In this document: positions 48,492 through 58,578 of the stretch, one piece after another
Position numbering within the stretch: position 1 is the stretch's first letter
Layout of the letters: each line of letters begins with the position of its first letter
Notes under the pieces: model-generated
What the model was told of the DNA's origin: nothing
The model's database searches: none
The model's input: only the letters and a program-made list of their open reading frames with translations
Assembly: GCA_963803805.1 (NCBI GenBank)
Contig: CAWDOD010000007.1
Location: 192,001 to 256,000 of the forward strand
Reading direction: 5' to 3'
Source of the DNA: an uncultured cyanobacterium
GTDB taxonomy: Bacteria > Cyanobacteriota > Cyanobacteriia > Cyanobacteriales > CAWCAG01
Length of the DNA: 64,000 nt
Position numbers and translations under genes: made by a program

Positions 48492-50244
48492 TTAGCGATT
48501 ATCAATTTTATCAATTGCAGACAGACATTCTGCTTGCAAAACTATGCTTTCTTCGGTTTCAAACACAGAACAACTTTCGATAAACTCTGAAATAGCGGGC
48601 ATTACTCCTTGCTTCAAACTAGCTACAGCTTGTTCTGCTTCTGGTTCAATGCCCCTAAGCCAACGCTCTTCAGAGATATATTCTGGTGTGAAAGCCTCTC
48701 TGTCTATCAGCAAGAAATCTACCTTGTATTTATTAATTAGGTATTTCAAGTCTGTTAAATCTTGACCATATTGAGCTTTCATTAGATTCAACCATCCTCT
48801 GCTTGATGCGACGATAGTAACCTAGATGGTAAGGAGCAGCAGTTTCAGGACTGATTAAAACAGGGCGTTGAGAAAATGTTGGTATGTTGTTTGTTTCTTG
48901 AGAAAGGGAGGCAATGAGGCTATTTTTAGGTTGTTCAGCGAAAAACTTATATAAAGCAGGTTCGTTAGCAGTTCTGTAGTCTACCCTAGGAAACTTCTTT
49001 AAAGAATTAGGGTATAAGAAAATTAAGCCAGCTACTAGGGTGAAAAGTCCTAATGTTAAAAACTGTTTTACTCTGCTAGAGCGTCTTGGTTGTTGATAAA
49101 TTCGCAAAACAGCATCTAGGAATAAAATTGTTGCAATTCCTCCGGCTATGGCAATGAGAATAGGAACACTATGCTTGGTATAGCGGCTAGGGAGATGCAA
49201 CTTGAATAGCAAAGCATGGGCGAGGAAGAACATCCCTAAAGAAGCTACTAAAATCTGTGACAAAATGATAACTTCAGAAGAAACTTTCTTGCTTAAAGGA
49301 AAGTGGCGCGGGTAACGCAACAGAAAGGGGAGCAATACAGCAGCCCAAACTTGAGGCGGTGGGAACATACATTTGGGTAGTACCCCTGAACGTAAAGCGC
49401 AAAACCAGAACTTGACTGGATCATCATAAAAATAGGCTTTGCGTCCTGTCGATTGAAAAATAGGCATACTTCTGGCTTCTGTAGCTGTAACTACAGGGTC
49501 ATATTCAGAAGTTGTTAAAGCATAGGGTAAGAGCATGAGTACAGTAACCCCTAACCCCGCAACACAGAAAATATAATCACTTTTTTCTGGGGAGAAGCGC
49601 AGTCGCCAATTTTCGAGGCGAAATAGCCGCAACAGCAAAACCCCGGCTGAAATAAACAGGCACTGAGGATAGAATAATCCCTGTAGGGCGATCGCTACTA
49701 AGCAAGGGAAGAGGGAACGCCGTAACAGATAGTAAACAAAAGCGAGAAAGAAGGGATAAAAAAAAGCTCTAGGTGTACCGGAGGGAAGTTCAGGCATCAT
49801 CCAGAAAGTTTGATTTAAAAACAGCGTTGCTACAAACCCTGCTGAGGGGACAGGAAATATAGCCATGACAACCCCAAAACAATAAGCGGTTGAGATTAAG
49901 GACAGGAAGAGGGGTAATATTTTATTGAAGAAGAGGGGATCAAGTCCCAGTGAGGCCACGAGGTGGTAAAGAGTACGGTAACCTCTGGGGGCTACAGATT
50001 GAAAGTAATTAGAAATTAAGTCTTGAGGAAATAAATCAGGGTCTAAAAACCGTCGCATCCAAAATACGTGCGATCGCACATCATCATGAATGATATATTC
50101 ACTACTAAAGACTTCCCTAAGTCCTAGATAGCTATAAATTGCAGCGAAAGCTAAACTCAAACTGAACCAGAATATTACCCGTGAACTATGGGTTTTTGTA
50201 GTTGCAGCCCTTAAAAACCAGTGTAGATGGCTAACTAATACCAT
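48492..50244 (-). CDS. Polytopic membrane protein (possible GT-C-type glycosyltransferase), with a one-base frameshift at ~48788
   Basis: DD motif after the first TM (IIHDDVRSHVFWM), many TMs. ORF 48733-50244 continues into 48492-48791 (RIKQRMV|LMKAQY) on removal of one base. Confidence 0.6.
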
Positions 50245-50402
50245 TTTTGAAAAATAATGTTTGAGTTAATCAATCAAGTTAAAAATCAAGGGTAACAACT
50301 ACCACTATTGTTAAGTCGTTAGCTTGATTATTGTTAACTTCTAACTTGTAACTTTTGATAAATATAAAGAAAATATAAAGATATTAATAGTTACCCTATT
50401 TT

Positions 50403-50416
50403 GTAGCCAATGCTAC
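50403..50416. promoter_or_regulatory. NtcA-binding site in repressor position upstream of gifA
   Basis: GTA-gccaatgc-TAC (GTA-N8-TAC), 12 nt upstream of a TACAAT -10 box at 50429-50434. Confidence 0.8.
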
Positions 50417-50507
50417 AGAAATATCAACTACAATATAAAAGGTGGGAGCGAAACAGCTCTTTAATCACCAAGCAAAATTAAGTCAAGCAATCACAAGGAG
50501 TTGTTCT

Positions 50508-50708
50508 ATGTCTACTCAAAAACAGGCTCGCGCTATAATGATTCGTCACAACCAACTGATTAGAAATCGCCAGCAATCTCTTTTAGGGCGTGCGGCTGCC
50601 GACATCGGCATGGATATTGATAGCGCTCAATACAATGATCATATCCAAGGAAAAATTCGTCCTAGCTCCAGAGATAGTTATGCTCGCAGTAATGTATCTT
50701 TAAGTTAA
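50508..50708 (+). CDS. gifA: Glutamine synthetase inactivating factor IF7
   Basis: MSTQKQARAIMIRHNQLIRNRQQSLLGRAAADIG...IQGK...YARSNVSLS closely resembles Synechocystis IF7; AAGGAG RBS before ATG 50508. Confidence 0.92.
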   Translation: MSTQKQARAIMIRHNQLIRNRQQSLLGRAAADIGMDIDSAQYNDHIQGKIRPSSRDSYARSNVSLS

Positions 50709-50762
50709 AAGTAAAAGTTAGTAGCAGATTATAAAGTTGTTGAATAGTTAGTCAAATCCTTG

Positions 50763-50795
50763 TAGGGTGCTTTTCGAGATGAAAAAAGCACCCTA
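50763..50795 (+). terminator. Hairpin/terminator after gifA
   Basis: tagggtgctttt...aaaagcacccta followed by atttt. Confidence 0.6.
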
Positions 50796-50880
50796 ATTTT
50801 ATAGAATAATTTGAGCCTCTAGCAACGGTAAACCATATAGTTGTCAATGACTAATACTGATTTCTAAACTTAATTACTGA

Positions 50881-52702
50881 CGGTTCGCCGATTGCAAATG
50901 GAGTTAGAGAAAGTTTATCCAGGGGTAAAAGACTGAGCAGTAAGTTGAGTATAGATAGTGGTGGAAAAGCCAAGGAGGGTAAGAATACACTGCTGTAGCG
51001 GTGAAAGAGGAGTTAAATGAGCATAAATAACTTGGGGTTGAACTTCAATCAAAGTGAGTGTAATTTCCTGAAAAACAGCTAGAAGCATCTCAGCAGTAGG
51101 ATGAGCAGTTTCTCTTTGAGGGTTGCCAGCATAAAGACCAGCAAGTTTGTGTTGAGATTGCTTGAGGTTGGAGCGAACCTGGAACTCCAACAGGGTTAAG
51201 ACACGTAAACCAATAGAAAGCAAACGAATCAAGCCAGTAACATGGTCTTCACGTTGTAAGTAGATAGGGGTCAAAGAAAGGGGAAAGCCCTTCAATCTCT
51301 CAAATCCTCTCTCAGTTAAATATTGATGACGATAAGCCCGAACAGCTTGCTTTAAAGAAAGTTGACTACAACTGTGATTAGTCACGTAAATGCGCCATCC
51401 CAATAACTTAATCTGTTGTTCTACAGCCAACGAGTCTATTTCAAAACTAAACTCCACAGAAACTGATTCTATGGTTTGAGAAGGTCTTGTGAGATATCGT
51501 CTCTTCAGTTTTTGCACTCGTTGGAGTTGAAACTCAAGATGAAAAAACTCCGCAGTACCATAGCGTTTCAGAATCGCTTCGGTTGCCAATTTCCATTGTT
51601 CAATATTGGTGAGTTTCCTCTTGCCACGACGGGGAATTTTCAATTGTTTAAGGGCATCTTCAGTTTTCTGCACTCTCTGGCGTAGGGACTTTTCCCGTGT
51701 TTGAGCTAGTGAGAGGGAACGTACTACCAATTGTCGCTCTTTCCAATTCACTTCCACACCTTCTATTTGAGTGGTTTTATCTTGTTCTATTTCAAACCCT
51801 TCAGCAATTTGTTTGTTTTCTCCGTTAGCATAATCGTAGTCAATTGATGTTAGTTGTTGCTTGCCTTGCCAAACTGGTTGAAGATATTGTCTGATTTGTT
51901 CTGCCTTGACTTGCTTAGCACTTAGGGGGCAAAGATAGTAATCTTTCCCTGATGCTATCTCCCCACGAGTTGCTTTTGATGACATTTTACTATCACCGAT
52001 ATAAAGCAATCCTGAGCGTCGCAATGTCGAACGTAGTCGCTTCACTGCTGGCATATATAAAGGGTCGTCAGCTTTGTCTCCTGATAATATTTCTGTGGCT
52101 ACTGGCATTCCTAATGGGTCTAGGGTCGATAACATGATTTTTACCTGGGCTAAGTCAGGGCGATGATCTTTGCTATGACCCCATTGAAATAATCCTTCTG
52201 TGTTTACACCACAATAACTCGAACCTGTTGTACTATCTAAACGTACTTGCTCTAAGCTTAGAGGATATACTCGTATGATGCTTCGGGACAATTGTTCCTC
52301 AAATGATTGCCAATTTTTATCTTGGCTTAGGTAACGCAGTAACGATTCTAGCCTGTCATCGCTCCAGTCTAGTTCACGTATTTCTTCTCCCACTAGTTTT
52401 TTTAAGCTCTCTTTTCGTTTGGCTACCCATCCTTGGACGTGGCTCAAACGATGGTCGGCTTGAGATAGTATGTAGCTCAACCAAATTACTGCCACGCTTC
52501 CCAGGCTTTCCCCTTGCCAGTTTCCATGAGTGACAAAGCACTTATCTAGTAATTGTTTGACACCCATTGTTTCTAATTGCTTGATAATTACAGGGACATC
52601 ATCTACTCGTTCGTTGCTTATTCTCCCCTCTACTACCATACTCCCCTCGCTATACTTTAAATGTCTCTGCTTTTTCTAACTCTATTTGCAATCAGCGAAC
52701 CG
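50881..52702 (-). mobile_element. Complete IS1634-like insertion sequence (1822 bp) with 33-bp TIRs and 3-bp TGA target duplication
   Basis: Left end cggttcgccgattgcaaatggagttagagaaag vs reverse complement of right end cggttcgctgattgcaaatagagttagaaaaag (3 mismatches); tga at 50878-50880 and 52703-52705. Confidence 0.9.
50915..52639 (-). CDS. DDE transposase, IS1634/IS4-like
   Basis: VRLDST, GHSKDHRPDL, IGDSK, YRHQYLTERGFERLK (Y-R-E-K motif). Confidence 0.9.
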   Translation of the reverse strand: MVVEGRISNERVDDVPVIIKQLETMGVKQLLDKCFVTHGNWQGESLGSVAVIWLSYILSQADHRLSHVQGWVAKRKESLKKLVGEEIRELDWSDDRLESLLRYLSQDKNWQSFEEQLSRSIIRVYPLSLEQVRLDSTTGSSYCGVNTEGLFQWGHSKDHRPDLAQVKIMLSTLDPLGMPVATEILSGDKADDPLYMPAVKRLRSTLRRSGLLYIGDSKMSSKATRGEIASGKDYYLCPLSAKQVKAEQIRQYLQPVWQGKQQLTSIDYDYANGENKQIAEGFEIEQDKTTQIEGVEVNWKERQLVVRSLSLAQTREKSLRQRVQKTEDALKQLKIPRRGKRKLTNIEQWKLATEAILKRYGTAEFFHLEFQLQRVQKLKRRYLTRPSQTIESVSVEFSFEIDSLAVEQQIKLLGWRIYVTNHSCSQLSLKQAVRAYRHQYLTERGFERLKGFPLSLTPIYLQREDHVTGLIRLLSIGLRVLTLLEFQVRSNLKQSQHKLAGLYAGNPQRETAHPTAEMLLAVFQEITLTLIEVQPQVIYAHLTPLSPLQQCILTLLGFSTTIYTQLTAQSFTPG

Positions 52703-52731
52703 TGAGTAATTACTTATTACTTAATAAATCA

Positions 52732-54060
52732 ATGCCCACTTCCCGCCAACTAGCTTTAATTGCTTTAGGAGATATTGAACGCGGAGGAGCTTATACTAAT
52801 ATTGCCCTAGATAGAGTAATAGGCTCAGCCAAACTAGGCAGTGCTGACCGTAGACTGGTTACGGAGTTAGTTTATGGTATAGTTCGCAGAAGGCGATCTC
52901 TAGATGCAATAATTGACCAGTTAGGTAAAAAAAAAGCTGAGCAGCAACCCCCTCAATTACGCCTCATTCTGCACTTAGGGCTATATCAGCTACGCTATCT
53001 TGATCATATTCCTGATTCTGCTGCGGTTAATACCAGTGTGGAACTTGCGAAAGAAAACGGCTTGAAAAAACTAACTGGGGTGGTTAATGGTGTATTACGT
53101 CAGTATGTACGTCTAGCTGCCCAGACAAATGATCCTTTACAGCTACCTAAAGATCCCCTAGAGCGGTTAGAGATTTTACATAGCTTTCCTGGTTGGATAT
53201 TGCAGTTATGGCGATCGCAGCTTAGCTTGGAAGAGACGGAGGAATTATGTATTTGGTTTAACAAACCCCCTACCATTGATTTGCGAGTTAATATTTTACG
53301 AACTTCGATTGAAGAGGTGGAGTTAGCTTTAAAAGAAAATAACCTAACGGTTACTCCCTTACCTCACTTACCCCAAGGTTTGAGGATAACCGGAGGCATA
53401 GGTTCTATTCAAAAATTACCTGGTTTCAAAGAAGGTTGTTGGACAGTACAAGATAGTAGCGCTCAACTAGTATCCCATATTCTAGCTCCTCAACCAGGAG
53501 AAACGATTATTGATGCCTGTGCTGCACCAGGGGGCAAAACTACTCATATTGCTGAATTGATGGGAGATCGAGGTAAGATTTGGGCTTGCGATCGTGCAGT
53601 TACACGCTTGAAAAAACTCACTCAAAATACCCAACGTTTAGGATTAAGCTCTATTTCGGTTTGCCCTGGGGATAGTCGTAGTTTTGAGCAATTTGAGCAA
53701 ATTGCTGACAGAGTTTTAGTTGATGCCCCCTGTTCAGGATTAGGAACACTCCATCGTCGCCCTGATCTGCGTTGGCGACAAACCCCCCAAAAAGTCCAAG
53801 ATTTAACTGTACTACAAGGGGAAATTCTCAAGGGAGCAGCAAAATGGGTTAAGCCAGGGGGTATGCTAGTTTATGCTACTTGTACATTGAATAGTTCAGA
53901 AAATGAGGCCGTTATCGACTCTTTTTTATCCTCTCATCCTAATTGGGAAATTGAGCCACCAGCCAATAATTTTCTAGCTACTTCTCAAGGTTGGCTGAAA
54001 ATCTGGCCCCATCGCCAGGAACAAGACGGCTTTTTTATGGTGAAGTTAAGACAAGGATGA
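52732..54060 (+). CDS. rsmB: 16S rRNA m5C967 methyltransferase RsmB (Sun)
   Basis: NusB-like N-terminus, VQDSSAQL, DACAAPGGKT, DAPCSGLG, YATCT. Start taken as ATG 52732 because the track start overlaps the IS end. Confidence 0.95.
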   Translation: MPTSRQLALIALGDIERGGAYTNIALDRVIGSAKLGSADRRLVTELVYGIVRRRRSLDAIIDQLGKKKAEQQPPQLRLILHLGLYQLRYLDHIPDSAAVNTSVELAKENGLKKLTGVVNGVLRQYVRLAAQTNDPLQLPKDPLERLEILHSFPGWILQLWRSQLSLEETEELCIWFNKPPTIDLRVNILRTSIEEVELALKENNLTVTPLPHLPQGLRITGGIGSIQKLPGFKEGCWTVQDSSAQLVSHILAPQPGETIIDACAAPGGKTTHIAELMGDRGKIWACDRAVTRLKKLTQNTQRLGLSSISVCPGDSRSFEQFEQIADRVLVDAPCSGLGTLHRRPDLRWRQTPQKVQDLTVLQGEILKGAAKWVKPGGMLVYATCTLNSSENEAVIDSFLSSHPNWEIEPPANNFLATSQGWLKIWPHRQEQDGFFMVKLRQG

Positions 54061-54066
54061 TAAGTA

Positions 54067-54489
54067 ATGAGCAAAAATTCTAAAACTAAACAACTGCTAA
54101 AAATCCTGATCGGTGCGGCTTGGATAGATGGCACAATTCAAGCAGAGGAAAGAGAGTATTTAAATCAGATGGCTGCGGAAAAAGGGGTAGCAGAAGATCC
54201 TCAGATTAAACCTTTGCTTTCAGAGATTAAACAAGTTAAACCGTCAGAATGCTATAGCTGGCTACAAGAATATTTAGGGGATAATCCCACTGAAGAAGAT
54301 TATCAGCAGCTTTTTGAGTCCTTAAGCGCTTTAATTTATAGTGACGGGGATGTAGATACCGAAGAGGCAAAGTTATTAAATCGCTTACAACTACTTGAAG
54401 CAGAAAACAAATCCCCTAAATCCGGTGTTGATAGGTTTCTTCGTGCGGTACAAAAGCTTTATCGTAAAGCGGTTGTCAACGAACAATGA
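54067..54489 (+). CDS. TerB-family protein
   Basis: AAWIDGTIQAEEREYL and LIYSDGDVDTEEAKLL, the paired DG..E motifs of TerB. Confidence 0.8.
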   Translation: MSKNSKTKQLLKILIGAAWIDGTIQAEEREYLNQMAAEKGVAEDPQIKPLLSEIKQVKPSECYSWLQEYLGDNPTEEDYQQLFESLSALIYSDGDVDTEEAKLLNRLQLLEAENKSPKSGVDRFLRAVQKLYRKAVVNEQ

Positions 54490-54725
54490 TGGCTAACAGC
54501 AACGGTAAGTTGTACAGTTGTTAATGATCAATCTTTAAGTAGCAACAAAATACTTTAAAAAAGCGTCATTGTATTTACGCAGACAGAAACTTTTTGTTAG
54601 CAAATACCGTCAAAAATAGGCTTTTATTAGCTTAATTTGACATAATGGTAGTTTTAGTTTTGATTAGGAACTTACAACTACATCTAATGTCTAATTACTT
54701 AACTAGATAACATAATACTTGGAGA

Positions 54726-55988
54726 ATGCACTCAATGTCCAAAATAAATCGTTGGAAAACTACCACCGCTTTAATGCTAAGTATCGGCATGGGCGCAGCA
54801 ACCCTTGCACCCGTAGTTGCCCCTTTAATATTATCTGCCCCTGCTGTTGCTCAAGCAAATAGCTTCCCCGATGTTCCAGAAGGTTATTGGGCGAAGGAAT
54901 TTATTGAAGAGTTAACAGAGCGAAACATTATTAGTGGTTTCCCCGATGGTACTTTCAAACCAGATGCTCCTGTTACCCGCGCCCAATTTTCTAGCTTAAT
55001 TTCTGGGGCTTTCAGCAAAACTGAAACCCGTAGCAGTATCAATTTTGTTGATGTTAGCTCTAATTATTGGGCAAGATCCTCCATTGATAAATCCTACAAA
55101 ACTGGCTTCTTAGCTGGTTATCCTGGCAACATTTTTCGACCAGAGCAGAACATTCCCCGTGAGCAGGTAATTGTTTCTTTAGCCAATGGCTTAAATTATA
55201 CAACAGGGGCTGTCGATAGCACCCTCAATTATTACAACGACGCTACCAGCATTTCTAGCTGGGCGCGTTCTTCGGTTGCAGCAGCAACTCAACGAAGCAT
55301 GGTTGTTAATTACCCAACTTTGAAAAACCTCAATCCTTCCCGTAATGCTACTAGAGCAGAAGTAGCTGCTTTTATTTATCAAGCTTTGGTTAATCAAGGG
55401 CAAGCTTCGGCAATAGGTTCTCCTTACATCGTTAACCAAGCCCCTGTCGCTAGTAGCTTTACCATTCCTGCTGGTTCAGTAATGCCTGTTTCTTATGATA
55501 AGGACAAAATTCTCCTCACCAAAGATGAGACAGTTCCTGTTACTTTAATGGTGAAAGCTAACATTGTTAATTCAGAACAGAGGGTTTTAATTCCTGCGGG
55601 AACTAAGGTTGAAGGGAAGCTAGAACCTACTGCATCTGGTGGAACTCAGTTTATGGCAGAAAGACTCATTTATGCTAACGGCACAAGCCAAAATATTTCT
55701 GCTACTTCTCAGGTAATTACCGAAACTGAAACTATCAGCAAGGGAGTAAGCATCGGTGATTTAGCTAAGAATGCAGGCATCGGCACAGCCGCAGCAGCAG
55801 CGATTTCCGCCATTACTGGTGATCGGGCGATCGCTACAGAAGAACTCTTACTTGGTGCTGGTTTAGGAGCTTTAGTAGAGTTGATTCCTAGCTTCTTGGG
55901 CTTAAACAAAGTGGATCTTTTAGTTGTCAATCCTAATACTGATCTCAATTTAACTCTAACTAATGATTTAGTCGTTTCTGCTCAGTAG
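54726..55988 (+). CDS. SLH (S-layer homology) domain protein
   Basis: Signal peptide; three SLH repeats (FPDV..GFPDGTFKPDAPVTRAQF, GYPGNIFRP..PREQ, ATRAEVAA). Confidence 0.9.
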   Translation: MHSMSKINRWKTTTALMLSIGMGAATLAPVVAPLILSAPAVAQANSFPDVPEGYWAKEFIEELTERNIISGFPDGTFKPDAPVTRAQFSSLISGAFSKTETRSSINFVDVSSNYWARSSIDKSYKTGFLAGYPGNIFRPEQNIPREQVIVSLANGLNYTTGAVDSTLNYYNDATSISSWARSSVAAATQRSMVVNYPTLKNLNPSRNATRAEVAAFIYQALVNQGQASAIGSPYIVNQAPVASSFTIPAGSVMPVSYDKDKILLTKDETVPVTLMVKANIVNSEQRVLIPAGTKVEGKLEPTASGGTQFMAERLIYANGTSQNISATSQVITETETISKGVSIGDLAKNAGIGTAAAAAISAITGDRAIATEELLLGAGLGALVELIPSFLGLNKVDLLVVNPNTDLNLTLTNDLVVSAQ

Positions 55989-56023
55989 AGATGAGATTTC
56001 GTTAGTTATTTGTAAATATTTTT

Positions 56024-56058
56024 ATAGAGACGTTGGTTACAATGTCTCTATTTTTTTT
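56024..56058 (+). terminator. Rho-independent terminator
   Basis: atagagacgtt...aatgtctctat followed by a T-run. Confidence 0.65.
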
Positions 56059-56147
56059 GTTATTAACATACAGATGAGCAATTTTTAAGAATAGGGGAAT
56101 ATTCATCTCTGGCAAAAGTAATTTTAGCGATCGCCTTATCGTTCATG

Positions 56148-56552
56148 TTTCTAAGCAACAATCTATTGCACTGTTTTAGCTGTGTCACGCCAGTAGGGTG
56201 TGTTAGTGCTGCCAACAATCTCTCGATAAATTAGTAAAATCAAATTCAGCACGTAACGCACCGCAAACCAATTAGAGAGAGCCAAGAAAAGACTTATCTA
56301 AAGCGATAAGCTAATGGCTAGTCGCTAGTTGCTAAAATCTTATACTTGGTGAGGATATTTTATTTATTGGAGTTCTCTTAAAGGGATAGGTCTATGGTGG
56401 AAAAATATTGTTGATTCAACCTCTTCCTGTGTTTATCATAGAAGAATTGGTGCGTTACGGCGGATAAAGGCTTTTTTATTTGACTCCGGTTTGTGATAAG
56501 TCGCCTAACACACCCTACTAGGGTGACACACCTAAAATTGTTGCTTTAGAAA
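56148..56552. repeat. Nested inverted-repeat element (REPIN-like pair inside an outer inverted repeat)
   Basis: Outer tttctaagcaacaat / attgttgctttagaaa and tgtgtcac / gtgacaca. Inner agtagggtgtgttag / ctaacacaccctact and cgtaacgcacc / ggtgcgttacg. Confidence 0.7.
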
Positions 56553-56764
56553 GACAGCAAAAGCTATAGCGCTACTTGCAAGACAACTGGGAATCTGAAA
56601 AAGTTTTTTTGGCTAAAAAGCTAGATATAATCAATGATTGAGAGATTTCAAAACAGTAAATTTCGTCTTGTTGCTAGCTTTTGAGTTATTGAGAAAAAAG
56701 TAATGTGTCACAATAAATGAAAGAAAAATAACCATATAAAAATAATTTAAACAGGAGAAGGTAG

Positions 56765-58492
56765 ATGGTAGCACTCGCCGAAAAAACGGAAAAGCGGCTG
56801 ACGATACAAAAAGCCGAAGTCGCGCCGGATACCCTAACAATACGTTCTTTAGATTGGGATCGGGATCGCTTTGATATTGAGTTTGGTTTGCAAAATGGTA
56901 CAACTTATAACTCCTACATTATTCGTGGGGAAAAGACAGCTTTAGTTGATACTTCCCACGGTAAGTTTCGGCAATTATATCTTGATGCCCTCACTGGAGA
57001 AATTGACCCCAAAGAGATTGATTACTTAATTATTAGCCACACTGAACCAGATCATAGTGGCTTAGTGAAGGATGTTTTGGAATTAGCTCCCCAAGCTGTA
57101 GTTGTGGGTGCGAAAGTGGCGATTAAATTTTTAGAGGATTTAGTTCATGTACCTTTTGAAAAATTAGTAATAAAAAATGGTGATCAATTAGATTTGGGCA
57201 ACGGCCATGTTTTAGAATTTGTCAACGCACCTAACTTACATTGGCCTGATACTATTTTCACCTATGATGCCAAAACTCAGGTACTTTTTACCTGCGATGC
57301 TTTTGGGATGCACTATTGTAGCGATCGCACCTACGATGAAGATATCAAAGCCATTGAACCAGATTATCGCTTCTATTATGAATGCTTGATGGCCCCCAAC
57401 GCTCGTTCAGTACTTTCTGCTATGAAGCGGATGGATAAATTAGGGGAAGTTAACTTAGTCGCTAATGGTCACGGTCCTTTATTGCGTCATAATGTTGGGG
57501 AGTTGCTGGGGCGTTATCGCAGTTGGAGTAAAGCCCAAGCGAAAGCAGAAAAGACTGTAGCCTTATTTTACACCTCAGATTATGGTTATAGCGATCGCCT
57601 TTCCCAAGCGGTGGCTAAAGGTATCACCAAAACTGGGGTAGCGGTGGAAATGATTGATTTTAAATCAGCCGATACCCAAGAAGTTCAAGAATTAGTTAAC
57701 CGTGCTGCTGGTATTGTTGTTGGTATGCCCCCTGCATCTGGGGAACATTATCAAGAAATTACTCAAGTGGTTAGCACAATTTTAGCAGCAGTTAAGGGTA
57801 AGCAAGTTGTGGGGATGTTTGAATCCTACGGTAGTGATGATGAACCCATAGACCCATTGTTAACTAAATTTGGGGATTTAGGATTGAAAAAAGCTTTTCC
57901 TTCCGTCCGTATTAAAGACAACCCAACTGAAGCTACTTACCAACTCTGTGAAGAAGCAGGAACAGATCTAGGACAACTTTTAACTCGCGATCAAGCTATC
58001 AAACAGATGAAGTCCTTAGATAGTGACTTGGACAAAGCTTTAGGGCGTATCAGTGGCGGGCTTTATATCATCACTGCTAAAAAAGGCGATGTGAAAAGTG
58101 CGATGCTAGCTTCTTGGGTTTCTCAAGCCAGTTTTGAACCCCCAGGTTTAACCATTGCTGTAGCGAAAGATCGCGCCATTGAATCTTTAATGCAAGTGGG
58201 CGATCGCTTTATCTTAAATGTTTTAGAAGAAGGCAACTATCAGCATTTAATGCGCCACTTCCTGAAGCGTTTTAAACCAGGTGCAGATCGTTTTGAAGGA
58301 GTCAAAACTCAAACTGCCAACAATGGTTCTCCCATTCTCCGGGATGCTTTAGCTTATTTGGAATGTCAAGTGGTTAGTCGTATGGAGTGTAGTGATCATT
58401 GGATAGTCTACAGTCAAGTAGAAACTGGCCGCGTTTCTAACACAGAGGCTTTAACCGCAGCACATCATCGTAAGGTGGGCAATCATTATTAA
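56765..58492 (+). CDS. flv3: Class C flavodiiron protein (Flv3 type)
   Basis: RSLDWDRDRFDIEFGLQNGTTYNS, canonical diiron ligands SHTEPDH / HWPD / CDAFG / NGHG, flavodoxin and flavin-reductase domains ending HHRKVGNHY. Confidence 0.88.
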   Translation: MVALAEKTEKRLTIQKAEVAPDTLTIRSLDWDRDRFDIEFGLQNGTTYNSYIIRGEKTALVDTSHGKFRQLYLDALTGEIDPKEIDYLIISHTEPDHSGLVKDVLELAPQAVVVGAKVAIKFLEDLVHVPFEKLVIKNGDQLDLGNGHVLEFVNAPNLHWPDTIFTYDAKTQVLFTCDAFGMHYCSDRTYDEDIKAIEPDYRFYYECLMAPNARSVLSAMKRMDKLGEVNLVANGHGPLLRHNVGELLGRYRSWSKAQAKAEKTVALFYTSDYGYSDRLSQAVAKGITKTGVAVEMIDFKSADTQEVQELVNRAAGIVVGMPPASGEHYQEITQVVSTILAAVKGKQVVGMFESYGSDDEPIDPLLTKFGDLGLKKAFPSVRIKDNPTEATYQLCEEAGTDLGQLLTRDQAIKQMKSLDSDLDKALGRISGGLYIITAKKGDVKSAMLASWVSQASFEPPGLTIAVAKDRAIESLMQVGDRFILNVLEEGNYQHLMRHFLKRFKPGADRFEGVKTQTANNGSPILRDALAYLECQVVSRMECSDHWIVYSQVETGRVSNTEALTAAHHRKVGNHY

Positions 58493-58578
58493 ACAGGGTA
58501 AAGGCTAAAGAGTAAGGGGGAAAGGGCTAAAATTGGTAATTAGTTTACAATAACCAAGAAGCTATTATCAATTGCTAA

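Noticed and set aside
50442-50507. Longer IF17/gifB-like N-terminus from GTG 50442
   Set aside because: The RBS and the IF7 similarity start at ATG 50508; the upstream part is the 5' UTR.
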